Source: Pedosphaera sp.
GTDB taxonomy: Bacteria > Verrucomicrobiota > Verrucomicrobiia > Limisphaerales > AAA164-E04
NCBI GenBank assembly: GCA_002690655.1
Contig: NZFL01000025.1
Span: 58,199 to 119,901 of the forward strand
Direction of reading: 5' to 3'
DNA length: 61,703 nt
In this document: positions 1 through 11,600 of the stretch, piece by piece
Layout of the letters: each line of letters begins with the position of its first letter
Position numbering within the stretch: position 1 is the first letter of the stretch
Position numbers and translations under genes: made by a program
The notes under the pieces: generated by a model
The model's input: only the letters and a program-made list of their open reading frames with translations
The model's database searches: none
Told to the model about the DNA's origin: nothing

Positions 1-312
1 ACAGCCATTGATCACTTCTTCCACATCTTTCCGCTTGATGAGGCGCTTGAGTAGCTTGAGTCTCGATTCAGTTTTGCTGATCGGTTTGAGTGCGAAGTGG
101 TCAGGAATAACGGGCAACTGGGCGAAGGTCCATTTACCTCGTTTGACTTCGGCCTCGGGGGGAACAGTGAGTTCCAATAAATGACCTACAGCCGAGGCAA
201 CCACATACTGGTCACTCTCGAAGTAGTCATTCTTTTTATCAAAACCGCCCAAGGCACGGCTGATATCCTGAGCGACGGACGGCTTTTCTGCGATGATCAA
301 TGACTTACCCAT
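1..312 (-). CDS. topB: DNA topoisomerase III (type IA), N-terminal TOPRIM part, runs off window start
   Basis: Manual minus-strand translation from ATG at 312: MGKSLIIAEKPSVAQDISRALGGF...VVASAVGHLLEL...KWTFAQLPVIP...LKRLIKRKDVEEVINGC; AEKPS and GHL motifs of type IA topoisomerases. Not in the ORF track because it is truncated. Confidence 0.9.
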   Translation of the reverse strand, partial: MGKSLIIAEKPSVAQDISRALGGFDKKNDYFESDQYVVASAVGHLLELTVPPEAEVKRGKWTFAQLPVIPDHFALKPISKTESRLKLLKRLIKRKDVEEVINGC

Positions 313-451
313 GAGCTATGTTCGCAACCGTTACCAACCGTTGCCCGATACTTGCAAGTGTTTTTTAGCTGAAAGCGCATTTTTCTTTTCAGGCATATTG
401 GCTGATTCATGTGGTATTTATGGCTTGAGATTCTTCAGGAATTCACTTGCC

Positions 452-586
452 ATGTGGAGCTGGAACTTCATGATTACGTGTCTGTTGCCTTCATTCGTAG
501 AGGCTCCTTTGACTGAAATGATTACACTAATTTTTAAAACATTGATTGCCATAGGGTTTGGTTTGATCATGGTAGCCTTGCTGTGA
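452..586 (+). CDS. possible small membrane peptide (44 aa)
   Basis: Hydrophobic C-terminus of ORF 293-586 (ITLIFKTLIAIGFGLIMVALL); its TGA overlaps the next start (GTGATGA). Upstream part of the ORF overlaps the topB start/promoter, so ATG 452 is preferred. Confidence 0.25.
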   Translation: MWSWNFMITCLLPSFVEAPLTEMITLIFKTLIAIGFGLIMVALL

Positions 587-996
587 TGAAAACCCATTCA
601 GGACCTTGGAATCTCATATTGTTGAAAGATCCTTTCTGGGGCATCTCCATCGCATGCTACATCATTCACAGGTTTTGGCAGGTCTTGAGTCCTGATTCTG
701 GTTGGATGGATCGTCATTGGAATGATCTATGGATGCTTCCTTGCGCTCTCCCGTTGATACTGAGCCTCTACGGTGCATTAGGGCTGCGTGCCCATGCATT
801 GCGGGTTACGGGGGGTGAAATCCTCTGGCACGGCCTCTTGTGGGGCTTTATGGCTGAATTCATAGGGCCTTTGCTGTTCGATCATGCGGTTTCAGATCTC
901 TGGGATCTGCTTGCTTATGCCTTGGGTGGTTTTCTCATGTTTTTTCGCTGGCACTGCACTGAACTTAGATTTTCTTCCATTGCACTCCGGATTTGA
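583..996 (+). CDS. small integral membrane protein of unknown function
   Basis: 137 aa with several hydrophobic segments; motifs WNDLWMLPCALP and SDLWDLLAYALGG. Confidence 0.7.
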   Translation: MMKTHSGPWNLILLKDPFWGISIACYIIHRFWQVLSPDSGWMDRHWNDLWMLPCALPLILSLYGALGLRAHALRVTGGEILWHGLLWGFMAEFIGPLLFDHAVSDLWDLLAYALGGFLMFFRWHCTELRFSSIALRI

Positions 997-1666
997 CAAG
1001 TTAGCTGCTTCATACCGCCTGATGGAGAGATGCCTCGCGTTCAGCAAACTTCAAGAGGCGCGCACCGCTCATCTGCACGTCTTGAAGCCTTGCTCTCAAA
1101 TCCTGATGCTTGGTGAAGGGCCGGGGCGATTGTTGGAGAGGCTGATTAAAAGCATGCCTCACGCGCAGTTTGTAGTTGTCGACCAAAGTCGCCCGATGAT
1201 GGAACAAGCCACGCAGGTTCTCATCGCATCAGGGTGTGATCCAGGACAATTTACCTGGTTACATGTGGATGCCCTGCATACGGATCTGGGAACGGAAACC
1301 TTCGATTTGGTGACCACTCCCTTTTTTCTGGATTGTTTCACGCAGCCACAGTTGACCTCTCTCATACCCAGAATTGCGAATGCGTGTAAGCCCGATGCCA
1401 GTTGGTTAGTGGCTGACTTCCAGGTCCCGGCAGGAAAAGGATGGCAAAAGGTTCGAGCAAGGTGGGTGCACTGGGTGATGTATCAGTTTTTTCGCAGGGT
1501 GACTTCCATCGCTGCGAACCATTGGACGGATCCAGATTGCTTTTTGAGTGCTGCAGGTTTCCACCTGTTATCCAGAAAAGAATTTAATTATGGATTGATT
1601 CGTTCCGACTTGTGGAGGCGTGGAGATGGATCAGTGCCAGTGAGGGCAGGCTCCGCTCAGACCTGA
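980..1666 (+). CDS. class I SAM-dependent methyltransferase
   Basis: Motif I ILMLGEGPGR, motif II VVVDQS, FDLVTTPFFLD; in-frame TTG at 980 chosen over ORF start 884 to limit overlap (start uncertain). Confidence 0.85.
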   Translation: MHSGFDKLAASYRLMERCLAFSKLQEARTAHLHVLKPCSQILMLGEGPGRLLERLIKSMPHAQFVVVDQSRPMMEQATQVLIASGCDPGQFTWLHVDALHTDLGTETFDLVTTPFFLDCFTQPQLTSLIPRIANACKPDASWLVADFQVPAGKGWQKVRARWVHWVMYQFFRRVTSIAANHWTDPDCFLSAAGFHLLSRKEFNYGLIRSDLWRRGDGSVPVRAGSAQT

Positions 1667-2352
1667 GAAATGTGGGCTGAGATGGGGAATGCCAGGCTGG
1701 AGGAGGGGAACGATAGTGAGCAGGATAAATACCTGGCAATGGGGCTGATTGAATCTTCTGTATTCGAGGGGGTTGGACATCCCTTTATCGGTGTTAAAGT
1801 TTTACTTATTATCCTTCGCGCCAAAGACTTATGGCAGTTTATGCTGCATGATAAAAATAATGAAATCCCCCGTGAGCGTATGATGGCTGAAACCAGAAAA
1901 ACCTTCTGCTCAATCCCAATCTCAGAATAAGTAAAAATGCCTTTGAGATAGGTTTCCAATCGTTGATTCATTTCAATCGAGTATTCAGGAAAGCAGTCGA
2001 TTTACATTGTGATTGATAGGCCGTGCTTTAACTCATTATTTCCATAGCAACATCTCGGCTATCTGTAAAATTTCCTTCAATTTAAGGTGTCTCACATTCT
2101 TGTTCCACGGGGGACGTGTTGCGGAGTAAACATGAATCTCTGGTATATGGAGGCTCAGTAGAACAACAGGCCCTGATTTTGCAATGATCAGAATCTTGCC
2201 AGCAATATCGTCGAGTTTCCCCTCGCACCCTGACCCCACGTCGGCATCGAGCCTGAACCAAATCTTCAGTCTTCTTAACATGCGCTTTTGTTTCCTGCTA
2301 TTGCAACAGGAGACAGGCGAGCACCACGAAACGGCTCATCAGGGACCTGATC

Positions 2353-3840
2353 TCAGCCCATGGAGGAAAAACGGTCTTTGAGATAGCTCCAGTGGTAGTC
2401 GGGTTGCGTTGGTTTTCCTGTCGCATTCTGCATGAGCTCAGCAGGGGGGTATTGTTTTCCAAATTGGTGCACATTCGTTCTGAGCCATCCCAAAAGGCCA
2501 TGATAGTTACCGTTCTGGAGATCCCCAAGCCGGGGGCCAAGTGCTTTTTGAGCTGAGTCGTAAAGTTGTGCTGAATTGAGGTTCCCGAGGGAATAGGTAG
2601 GGAAATAGCCGAAGCCTCCCATGCTCCAGTGAATATCCTGAAGACATCCCTGCGTATCATCCGGTACCTCGATTCCGAACATGCCTTTGAATTGTTCGTT
2701 CCAGACTCCGGGGATATCTTTCACATGGAGATCGCCGGCTATCAGTGCTTTTTCCAATTCATAGCGCAAGATGATGTGGAGATCATAGGTGACTTCATCA
2801 GCTTCCACCCGAATGAAGGAGGGGCTTACTCGATTCACTGCTTTTGTGAGTTGTTCAGGCGTAAATCGTTTAAGGGCGGGTAAATGTTCACACGCGATGG
2901 AGTGCCAGTCATTCCAAAATGCAGGAGCTCGTCCAACTTTGTTTTCCCAAAGTCTGGATTGTGATTCATGGATGCCGAGAGAAACTGCTTCAGCCATGGG
3001 GGTGCCCGCATGTTCACTTTTGAAACCCTGCTCATAAAGTCCATGCCCAGCCTCGTGAAGAACGCTGTAGAGTGAAACCGTAAAGTCATCTGCTTCGTAT
3101 CGCGTCGTCAATCGGACGTCATGAGGGCCCAGTTCAGTGCAGAAGGGGTGCGTGGTTGCGTCAATCCGTCCTGATTCGAAATCGAACTCAAGGGCTCTGG
3201 AAATAATTTCGTTGAGCTTTATCTGACCAGCAATGGGATAATCATCTTTTAAAAATGCTTCCGTAATGTCACCGGTTGTCTCGATGGCTTCAGGGAGCCA
3301 ATCGACGATGGATTTCTTTAGATCTGCAAATACGGGGCTCAAGGACTCTGTAGTACAACCTGGCTCATAGACGTCCATCAAGGCATCGTAGGCGGTTTGC
3401 TCGTAGCCGTAGTAATCCGCTTTCTGGCGGGATAGATCGATGATTTGCTCCAGGTGATTGGAGAAAATCTCAAATTTATTTTCCCTTCGCGCTTCGGCCC
3501 AGGATGCCTTGGCAAGCGAGCAGGTTTTTTCAAAGCGTTCGACAAATTCTGTTGGGAGTTTGACTGATCGATCGTAGTCCTTTCGCCATTCACGGATATT
3601 GATCTGTTCGTGAGTGTTCAGATTTGCTTGATCCGATTCGCAGGCTTCGATCAGTTCCTTGACTTTTATGCCAACCAGCCTGTTGTGAGCCATGCCGCTC
3701 AGGAAAGCTTGTTGATCTGCCCTGTAATCAACACCTTTAGCCGGTAGATAGGTTTCATGATCCCAATCCAGCAACGCAATTGTGCGATTCAAATATCCGA
3801 TTTCCCTGAATTGGGCTTTGAGTTTTTCGTAATCAGTCAT
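2353..3840 (-). CDS. carboxypeptidase, peptidase family M32 (Taq-like)
   Basis: HPF motif, HEAGH zinc motif, GIHESQ, IRVEADEVTY, GCLQDIHW, GYFPTYSLG. Confidence 0.95.
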   Translation of the reverse strand: MTDYEKLKAQFREIGYLNRTIALLDWDHETYLPAKGVDYRADQQAFLSGMAHNRLVGIKVKELIEACESDQANLNTHEQINIREWRKDYDRSVKLPTEFVERFEKTCSLAKASWAEARRENKFEIFSNHLEQIIDLSRQKADYYGYEQTAYDALMDVYEPGCTTESLSPVFADLKKSIVDWLPEAIETTGDITEAFLKDDYPIAGQIKLNEIISRALEFDFESGRIDATTHPFCTELGPHDVRLTTRYEADDFTVSLYSVLHEAGHGLYEQGFKSEHAGTPMAEAVSLGIHESQSRLWENKVGRAPAFWNDWHSIACEHLPALKRFTPEQLTKAVNRVSPSFIRVEADEVTYDLHIILRYELEKALIAGDLHVKDIPGVWNEQFKGMFGIEVPDDTQGCLQDIHWSMGGFGYFPTYSLGNLNSAQLYDSAQKALGPRLGDLQNGNYHGLLGWLRTNVHQFGKQYPPAELMQNATGKPTQPDYHWSYLKDRFSSMG

Positions 3841-3921
3841 GTAACAAAGCTAAGGTCTTATTCCAGTTGAAAGCGATTAAAAACTCGCGGCCCAGGCGCG
3901 TTTATCGGATACTCAGACCTG

Positions 3922-4488
3922 ATGACACAAGACGAAGCGTTAAAGATTTTCGAACAGACAGGGGCCCTGCTCAAGGGACATTTTATTCTTCGTAGCGGAT
4001 TGCACAGTCGTGAGTTTTTTCAATGTGCTATGGCGCTTCAACAAATGCCCATTGTTGAACAACTAGGTGCAGGTCTGGCGGCTCAAATGAATGAGCTCGG
4101 AGCAACGACTGTAGTCGCTCCTGCCATGGGGGGACTGGTCATCGGGCAGGAAGTGGCCCGTCAGCTGGGCTTGCGATATGTCTTTGTTGAAAAGGAGGGG
4201 GGGAAGTTGGTGCTTAGGCGTGGTTTTAAGATTGAGTCAGGAGAGTCAATACTGTTGATCGAAGACGTGGTAACCAAGGGGGGGCGCGTGGCCGAAACGC
4301 TGGAAATCATTCGGCAGCACAAAGGAGACGTCAAGGGGATAGGTGTCTTGGTTGATCGCTCCAATGGGTCCGTTGATTTTGGTGTGCCATTTCACCCGCT
4401 CATCCGAATGAAGGTAGAGACTTTTCAACCGGATCAATTACCCGATGATCTTAAAGGCTCAGAGGCAATGAAGCCGGGTAGCAAGTAA
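3922..4488 (+). CDS. pyrE: orotate phosphoribosyltransferase
   Basis: GHFILRSGLHS and PRPP-binding LLIEDVVTKGG. Confidence 0.93.
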   Translation: MTQDEALKIFEQTGALLKGHFILRSGLHSREFFQCAMALQQMPIVEQLGAGLAAQMNELGATTVVAPAMGGLVIGQEVARQLGLRYVFVEKEGGKLVLRRGFKIESGESILLIEDVVTKGGRVAETLEIIRQHKGDVKGIGVLVDRSNGSVDFGVPFHPLIRMKVETFQPDQLPDDLKGSEAMKPGSK

Positions 4489-4856
4489 GATCACAGATGG
4501 CAAACGGGATTGAGCTGTGATTTGTCAGAATATTTAAATCTCAGCCCTGCCGCAACTGCTGGACCAAGGCGCGGAGGACGCCAAGGATGTTTGATTTTTT
4601 CATGTGATGAAATTGAGCCAATATCGCAACCAGTAGTAATGAAGTGCATTATTCGGCTTTGCCTTGTTTGATGTTGAGCCTTTTTAGGCATGGATTCCAT
4701 GCCTGCACGAACAGCTGTCCGAATAACCCATTGAAGCACTCATGACACGATCATGAACTCAGGTGTCATCAGGTTACCAAACAAAGCCATCAATGCTTGA
4801 GTAATCATGACAGGGCTTTGAGCTTGCCAACACTTGGCGTCAAGAGGGGGTGAGTG

Positions 4857-5312
4857 TTATTTTTTATTTTTCTCTGGTTTCCCTTTTTTGGAAGGGAGTT
4901 TTTCTTTCATCCATCCTTTGAATCCGTCATTCATATGATAAACGCGCGTAAATCCGAGATCTCTGAAAATCTCCAGGGAGCGTCCGCTGCGACCACCCGA
5001 AGCGCAATGCACGAGATACGGGGTTTTGCGATCCAGTTTTTCGAGTCGGGATTTAAAATCGCTTTCATAAAAATCCACATGCTTCGCTTTCGCAATGTGA
5101 CCTGCGACGTATTCCTTTTCAGTTCGGATATCCAGAACGATCAGGTCTTTATGATTCTTGAGCAATAGCCCAGCTTTTTTGGCCTTGATTTCATGATATC
5201 CAGCTTTCAGTGGCTTGGCTTCGTTTTCTGCCGGAGATGCGATTCCAATCTGAATGGAAGAGGCAAATGCAAAGGCGGTCAGTATCCAATATGTAAATGA
5301 GCGTTTTTTCAT
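4857..5312 (-). CDS. secreted rhodanese-like domain protein
   Basis: Signal-peptide-like N-terminus MKKRSFTYWILTAFAFASSIQIGIA (ATG 5312); VLDIRTEKEYVAGHI and active-site loop HCASGGRS. Confidence 0.85.
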   Translation of the reverse strand: MKKRSFTYWILTAFAFASSIQIGIASPAENEAKPLKAGYHEIKAKKAGLLLKNHKDLIVLDIRTEKEYVAGHIAKAKHVDFYESDFKSRLEKLDRKTPYLVHCASGGRSGRSLEIFRDLGFTRVYHMNDGFKGWMKEKLPSKKGKPEKNKK

Positions 5313-5385
5313 AGATCTAAGATGATTTTTATAGGTGAAGTAAAAGATGTAACTCCGATGCTGCGCATTCAATGTGAATGATCGA

Positions 5386-7788
5386 TCAATGAATGTAGCG
5401 GAAGTCGACGCATGAAAACAGCGCATGGTAAATGCCTTCCCATGCTTTACGCTGTTGATGCTGGTTTTCGGCCTTACTCAAAAAATCCATGGCGATCAGC
5501 TTCTCAGCTTGACTGGGTTTCCTTGAAAGCGTTGTCATGTATGCATGCAACAGTCTTTCGCCGTCTGAATAACCTTTTTTACTCAGCAACTTGGCGGCCG
5601 CGAATTCGGCTTGGTCCATGATCCATGCGTTGTTCATGAGATACAACGATTGTGTTGGTCGAACCCCGGGTGTTCGGCGTCCTACGGTGAAACTTGGATT
5701 GGCAAAATCGAAGTTATCCAGCAATGCATTCCTCCCCTCTTCACGAAAGATCGGAATATAAACAGATCGTACGCGTGGACTGACAATGCTTTCGTAATCC
5801 AGTTTGGCATTACGAAGTGCGGAATCGGAAGACGCTGCGCCAGGCAGCATACTGGTTATGCGGCCTCCCCGGAGCTGTCCGCTTGCAATCAGTATCGAAT
5901 CACGTATTGCTTCCGCAGGTAAGGTTCTTGGAATCATGCGTGAGCGCAGTGCGTTGTCAGGGTCTCTGCTCTGGTTCGCATCTGTGCCTGATGAACTCAG
6001 ACGGTAAGTGCGTGAAAGAACAAGCTCCCTCACCAGCCGTTTGGTGGACCAATTGTTCTGGATAAACTGATAGCTTAGGTAATCCAGCAATTCCGGGTGG
6101 GTTGGGGTATCGCCTGTGGTTCCAAAATTATCCACAGACTTCACGATGCCACGACCAAAAAGGTGATGCCACACTCGATTGACATACACGCGAGGAGTGA
6201 GCGGGTTAACGGAGCTGGTTAACCATTGAGCCAGCTCGAGGCGCCCGGTTTCTCCCTCAGGGATCACTGGGCTTGACGCGTTTTTATCGAGTGCGACCTT
6301 GAGGAAACCTCGAGGTACTTTTGCTCCAAGTTGATGCACATTACCACGGACACACACTGCGTAGTCCCCTGCATCCTTCTCCACGCCGACGGTGATTGCC
6401 TTGGGCAGGGGCGCTGGTGCGGTATCCTTTGCCTTGGCCAGTTGTTGTTCCAATGCCTTGAGTTCAGCTTTTTGATTCTCCGAAGCATCTTTGATCTTTT
6501 TTAAAACTTTGATCGAATTCCCCATTTTTTTGACCTGATTGGAGTATTCCTGATAAATCTGCTTTCGATCGAATGTTACTTCTAATTCCTGTTCCACCAA
6601 CTTGGAGACATTGTCCCGGATCAGTGTGCGCGTGCTTCGGAAAATCCCCGCCAGCGCGTAGTAATCTTCTGTTGGGATCGGGTCGAATTTATGATCATGA
6701 CACCTTGCGCAACTGATGGTCATTCCCAAAAGGGAACGGCCCATCGTGTCGATCTGTTCGTCCACGGTATTCATCCGGAGTAGTTCCTTGTCCTGCAGGT
6801 CCAGATTCTTGGGGCCGATAGCGAGGTATGCGGTGGCCACTAATTGATTGTTTCGCTGCTCCCGGCTGGACCATGTCATGAGATCACCAGAGATTTGTTC
6901 GCTGATGAACAGGTCAAATGGCTTGTCCTGATTGTAAGCATCAATGACGTAGTTGCGATACCGCCAGGCGTTTGACAGAACGGAGCTGCGACCGCCCCCG
7001 GTTGAATCGGCATATCGAGCGAGATCAAGCCAATGACGTCCCCATTTCTCTCCAAATGATTGGGATGCGAGCATTTGGTCGATAATGGATTGATAATGTT
7101 GCTCGGATGCATCTTTCTGAAAATTTCGTATTAGGTCAGGCGAAGGGGGGAGTCCGGTAAGATCAAAACTTACCCGTCTCAGAAGTTCCGCTTCACTGGC
7201 ATCCTGGGTTGGTGCCATCGAGTTTTCCTCCAGTTCAGCCATGACAAAACGATCAATCAAGTTGAAAGCCCAGCCTTCATCCGTGTTCTTGGGAGCAGGA
7301 GGGAGAGAGATTGGGCGAAAGGACCAGAATTGTCTGCCTTCATCCAGGTCAATGGCTTCGTCAGCCGATTCGGAAACATCTCCGTCTCTGGGATCCGCAG
7401 CTCCCATGCGTATCCAATGTTCGATGTGGGCTATCTTCGATGGGGGAAGCTTGCCTCTCGGCGGCATTTCCAGATCAGGATTGCTGTAAGCGATGGCTTC
7501 CAGTAGTAAGCTTTTTTCTGGCTTTCCGGGTTCGATGGCCTTTCCTGAATCGCCCCCAGATATCCAACCCTGTCTGCTATCCAATCGAAGTCCTCCCTTG
7601 ATTTTTTCCGATTCTGAATGACATTCATAACAATGGTCAACAAGCAAGGGACGCACGTGCTTTTCAAAATAAGCAACGGCTTCATCTTCTCCAGCGTGAA
7701 TCAAACCATAATGAGCAACCAGCATTGAGGCTGCCAGCATCCATGGCACTGGATGCGTCATTTTCATATGCCTGAGGAGTCTCATCAT
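5386..7788 (-). CDS. planctomycete cytochrome c (PSCyt1) + DUF1549 + DUF1553 protein
   Basis: N-terminal CYECH heme motif, GEKWGRHWLDLARYADS, CARCHDHKFDP, PTHPELLDYL. Confidence 0.92.
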   Translation of the reverse strand: MMRLLRHMKMTHPVPWMLAASMLVAHYGLIHAGEDEAVAYFEKHVRPLLVDHCYECHSESEKIKGGLRLDSRQGWISGGDSGKAIEPGKPEKSLLLEAIAYSNPDLEMPPRGKLPPSKIAHIEHWIRMGAADPRDGDVSESADEAIDLDEGRQFWSFRPISLPPAPKNTDEGWAFNLIDRFVMAELEENSMAPTQDASEAELLRRVSFDLTGLPPSPDLIRNFQKDASEQHYQSIIDQMLASQSFGEKWGRHWLDLARYADSTGGGRSSVLSNAWRYRNYVIDAYNQDKPFDLFISEQISGDLMTWSSREQRNNQLVATAYLAIGPKNLDLQDKELLRMNTVDEQIDTMGRSLLGMTISCARCHDHKFDPIPTEDYYALAGIFRSTRTLIRDNVSKLVEQELEVTFDRKQIYQEYSNQVKKMGNSIKVLKKIKDASENQKAELKALEQQLAKAKDTAPAPLPKAITVGVEKDAGDYAVCVRGNVHQLGAKVPRGFLKVALDKNASSPVIPEGETGRLELAQWLTSSVNPLTPRVYVNRVWHHLFGRGIVKSVDNFGTTGDTPTHPELLDYLSYQFIQNNWSTKRLVRELVLSRTYRLSSSGTDANQSRDPDNALRSRMIPRTLPAEAIRDSILIASGQLRGGRITSMLPGAASSDSALRNAKLDYESIVSPRVRSVYIPIFREEGRNALLDNFDFANPSFTVGRRTPGVRPTQSLYLMNNAWIMDQAEFAAAKLLSKKGYSDGERLLHAYMTTLSRKPSQAEKLIAMDFLSKAENQHQQRKAWEGIYHALFSCVDFRYIH

Positions 7789-7869
7789 GGTTCGCTATCG
7801 AATTTTACAGAATCTTTGAAGTAATCAAATAGATTTTACACGTACGATGCGTTGCTCAGCGCCGAACGA

Positions 7870-8529
7870 TCAGCTTTTTTTCTTCATGTCCAATGCCCAT
7901 AGCATCTTGTGGGTGCGAAATGCCAAAGCAATAAAACCCGCAAGCATGGCACAAAAACAAACAGGGACAGTCGTGGGCCACCAGTCTGTTCCCAGGAAAA
8001 TGATGCATGTGTTGAGTGTGATGATCAAGAATCTGATTTCAGTTGGCCCAATGCCGAAAAAATAAATTTCAAACGCATTGGTTGCTGCAAAGGAAAGAAA
8101 GGCGTTCACCATATAAGCGCCTGCAACGATCAGGATGCCGACAAAATACCAGGCAAGTCCTTCCGGGGCGATCATCATGTAGCCTGCTACAATGCACGAT
8201 TGAAATACGTAGTCCAGGAGATGGTCCATGTAATAACCCCATTTGATGAGCCCCGTCTTGCGGTAACGGCCCAAAGCGCCGTCAAAAAGATCGCTGACAT
8301 ACTGAGCAAGGATCATGAGCGAAACCAGCCACAGCCACTCCAGGTTTTCCCGGGCTTTCCAGCTGAATACCAAAATCAAAGCTGACCAAATCAAGGTCAG
8401 ATAAGTAAGGTGCCATGTTTCAATCCACGATGGTAACTTTGGGACCCAGTGATTCCTGAAATTATTTTCCCATCGCATCAAAACGGATTTCCCAACCTTT
8501 TGGTCGCCCTTGAACTCGCGGTCGCTCAT
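7870..8529 (-). CDS. CDP-alcohol phosphatidyltransferase family protein
   Basis: Signature DLFDGALGR...GYYMDHLLD; multiple TM segments. Confidence 0.88.
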   Translation of the reverse strand: MSDREFKGDQKVGKSVLMRWENNFRNHWVPKLPSWIETWHLTYLTLIWSALILVFSWKARENLEWLWLVSLMILAQYVSDLFDGALGRYRKTGLIKWGYYMDHLLDYVFQSCIVAGYMMIAPEGLAWYFVGILIVAGAYMVNAFLSFAATNAFEIYFFGIGPTEIRFLIITLNTCIIFLGTDWWPTTVPVCFCAMLAGFIALAFRTHKMLWALDMKKKS

Positions 8530-8665
8530 CTTGAAACCCTAGCGATTCCGCTCATGCAGGAGTAGAAAAATTTCATTGGATATTCTTCCTCTAAAGGTAA
8601 TCTTCCGAAGTGATCCATCTGATGAGAAGGTTCTTCTGCGACTTATGATGACCATGATTTCTAAA

Positions 8666-11600
8666 ATGAATGCTTTACGATTGAGCCGATTCTTTTTTTG
8701 CCGATTCGGGGTGTTTGTCACTCTTTCATTTATGTTGCCCCTCCATGGTGCTGAACCTTTGCATGTCGTCTTCATGGTGGGTGAGCAGGAATATGAAACC
8801 GCCCGTACACTTCCTGAATTCGCAAGGCAAGAACTGACCCCCAAGGGGATTGTCAGTTCCTTTGCACATGTCTCCAGGGATGATTCGAACCATTTTAAAG
8901 GATTGGAAGCCTTGGCTGATGCAGACGTCCTGTTCGTCAGTGTGCGGCGAAGAACGCCCCCGGAAGCTCAGATGCAATTGATTCGCACGTTCTTGAATCG
9001 GGGCGGTTCAGTTGTTGCTATACGGACATCCAGTCATGCATTCGACCGTGACCCCCCCAGTGCGGATTACGTGCGTTGGCAGTCATTTGATCGCGATGTG
9101 CTGGGTGGACATTATGAAGGGCACTATGGAAACAAGCCACCCACCAATCCTCCTTCGAAAATTTTTTTACAGGCATCACAGAAAACACATCCCTTGTTGA
9201 AAGGTCTTGAGCAACAATCTTTTTTATCAACCTCGCATCTTTACAAAAACCGGGAGATGTCGGCCAAAGCGACTGTCTTGATGGATGGGGTGGTTGTGGG
9301 CATGGAGGTCAGGGAACCTGTGACCTGGACGCACGAAACGTCATCAGGTGGCAGGGTGGTATACACTTCATTGGGCAACACGGGTGATTTCGGAATCCAA
9401 CCTTTTCGACGTCTGCTACTGAATGCCATCCATTGGGTGGCGGGTCGTGCAGTTCCTGAGCAACTCATTCACCCAGGGCTTAAAGGAGATTTTGATCCGA
9501 ATGCTTCCCTCAATGGCTGGGTGCCGATGAATGTGCCTTCAGCATGGGAACAGCATCCAAGTGGGGCCTTTGCCGATACGGATGGTTTTGGATGGTATCG
9601 CTCTTACGTGCATGTACCGGAATCCTGGCGTGGCAGTCGTTTGCTGCTGGTGGTTGATGAGGTAAGTGACGTGGATGAAGGTTTTTTCAACGGTATTAAA
9701 ATCGGTGCCAATGGTGCCATGCCTCCTCTGTATCAAAACCCTTCAAGCAATATACGCCGCCCTTTCGTGATTGATCCGGACTGGATCCGTTATGGTGAGG
9801 ACAATCTGATTGCATGGCGTGTTTATGACAAGGAAGGGCAGGGTGGGATATTGAAGGGCCCGGTGCACCTGAGCCGTCGCGATGATGCCATTGATCTTCA
9901 GGGAGCCTGGTTGTTTCGCCCCGGAGACGCTCCCTCCTGGAGTCAGTGGGATCACGATCCTGACAGTGCTGAAGCCAAACAAGCATCTGCGCGATTCAAA
10001 CAAATCGCCGGAGTTGGGTTTGCCGGTCACGCTGGGATTGTGGACGCGGACATAGGGGGAAGACAGCGTCGCATCCAGGAGGTTTACGAAAAATTCAAAG
10101 GCAATACCAATGTGCATGCCCTGACTGAAGGAAAGGGAGCTCCGCTATCTCCCGACGCAGCGCTTGAATCTCTCGAGGTAAGCGATGGTTTGAGCATCGA
10201 TCTCGTTTTGTCGGAGCCTCTGGTGAAACAGCCCCTCTACATTGATTTTGATGAGCGTGGAAGGATGTGGGTGGTTCAGTATATTCAATACCCCAATCCG
10301 GCAGGTCTTGAAGTGCTGACATGGGATAATCATTTGAGAAAAGTCTTTGACGCCGTACCTCCGCCCCCACCATTCGATCGGCCAGAGCATCAAAAATTTG
10401 TAGGTAAAGATAAGATCACTTTGCATGAGGACACTGACGGTGATGGTGTTTTTGAGACCCATAAAACATTTCTGGATGGTCTGAACATGTGTACTTCATT
10501 GGCTTTTGATCAAGAGGGCATATGGGTCATGCATCCACCTTACCTGTTGTTTTATGCAGACCGAAATCATGATGATCAACCCGACGGTCCTCCCGAGGTG
10601 CACCTGTCAGGATTTGGTTTGGAGGATACTCATTCGATCGCCAACAGCCTGAAGTGGGGGCCTGATGGTTGGCTTTATGGTGCCACTGGAAGCACGGTCA
10701 CCGCGCGCGTCAAAGTTGAGCGAGGTGAGTCAAACAAGGTATATCCTTTCTTTGGTCAAAATATCTGGAGATACCACCCTGTCACACACCATTTTGAATT
10801 GTTCGCCGAAGGAGGGTGGAACACTTTTGGTGTGGATTTTGACAGTAAGGGGCGACTTTATTCAGGTACCAACGGGAACCTGCAGTCGGTTTATTTTGTG
10901 CAAGGCGGTTACTATCAAAAATCTTTTGGCAAGCATGGACCTCACACCAACCCCTACACCTTTGGGCATTTTTTCGGATTGCCCATTGAAGGTGAAAAAG
11001 TGCGCCTCGTGCATCAGTGGGTGCTCTATGAAAGTGGCGCCATTCCGTCGCTGGAAAATCATTTCGTTGGAAGCAACTCGCTGGCTAACAAGGTGCACGC
11101 ACTGCGCGTGATGCCCGACGGCAGTACGTTCAAAACCGCCGAAATTGAATCGCCTGTAACGACTTCGGATAAATGGTTTCGGCCAGTGCACAACGTCATA
11201 GGGCCGGACGGAGCCATCTATCTCTCTGATTGGTATGATGCTCGCATCACGCATGTGGACCCCAGAGACAATTGGGACCGTGAGCGTGGGCGTATTTATC
11301 GCTTACGTGACACGCGTCGCTCCCCCGGCTATGCCATGGACATGCATCGCAGGACAACCGAACAGCTGGTTTCATCCTTGTCGGATCAAAATCAATGGAT
11401 TCGATCCACGGCTCGTCGTTTGCTGCGCGAGAAGAAAGACCCTGCTGCGGTCGCATTGCTTCAGGAACGATTGACCAATGCGGATGGAGCGACTGCTCTG
11501 GAGGCCTTGTGGACCTTGGAGCAAATGCAGTCTCTGGGCGAATCCACGCGCCTTCTTTCACTGAACCATGCCGATCCTCACGTGCGCTTGTGGGGCGTTC

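Noticed and set aside
1657-2350. ORFs 1657-1971(-), 1670-1930(+), 2036-2281(-), 2184-2381(+)
   Set aside because: Mutually overlapping with no recognisable motifs or RBS; I cannot tell whether any is real.
4491-4810. 82-aa minus ORF and short upstream peptide between pyrE and rhodanese
   Set aside because: No motif and atypical composition; treated as intergenic.
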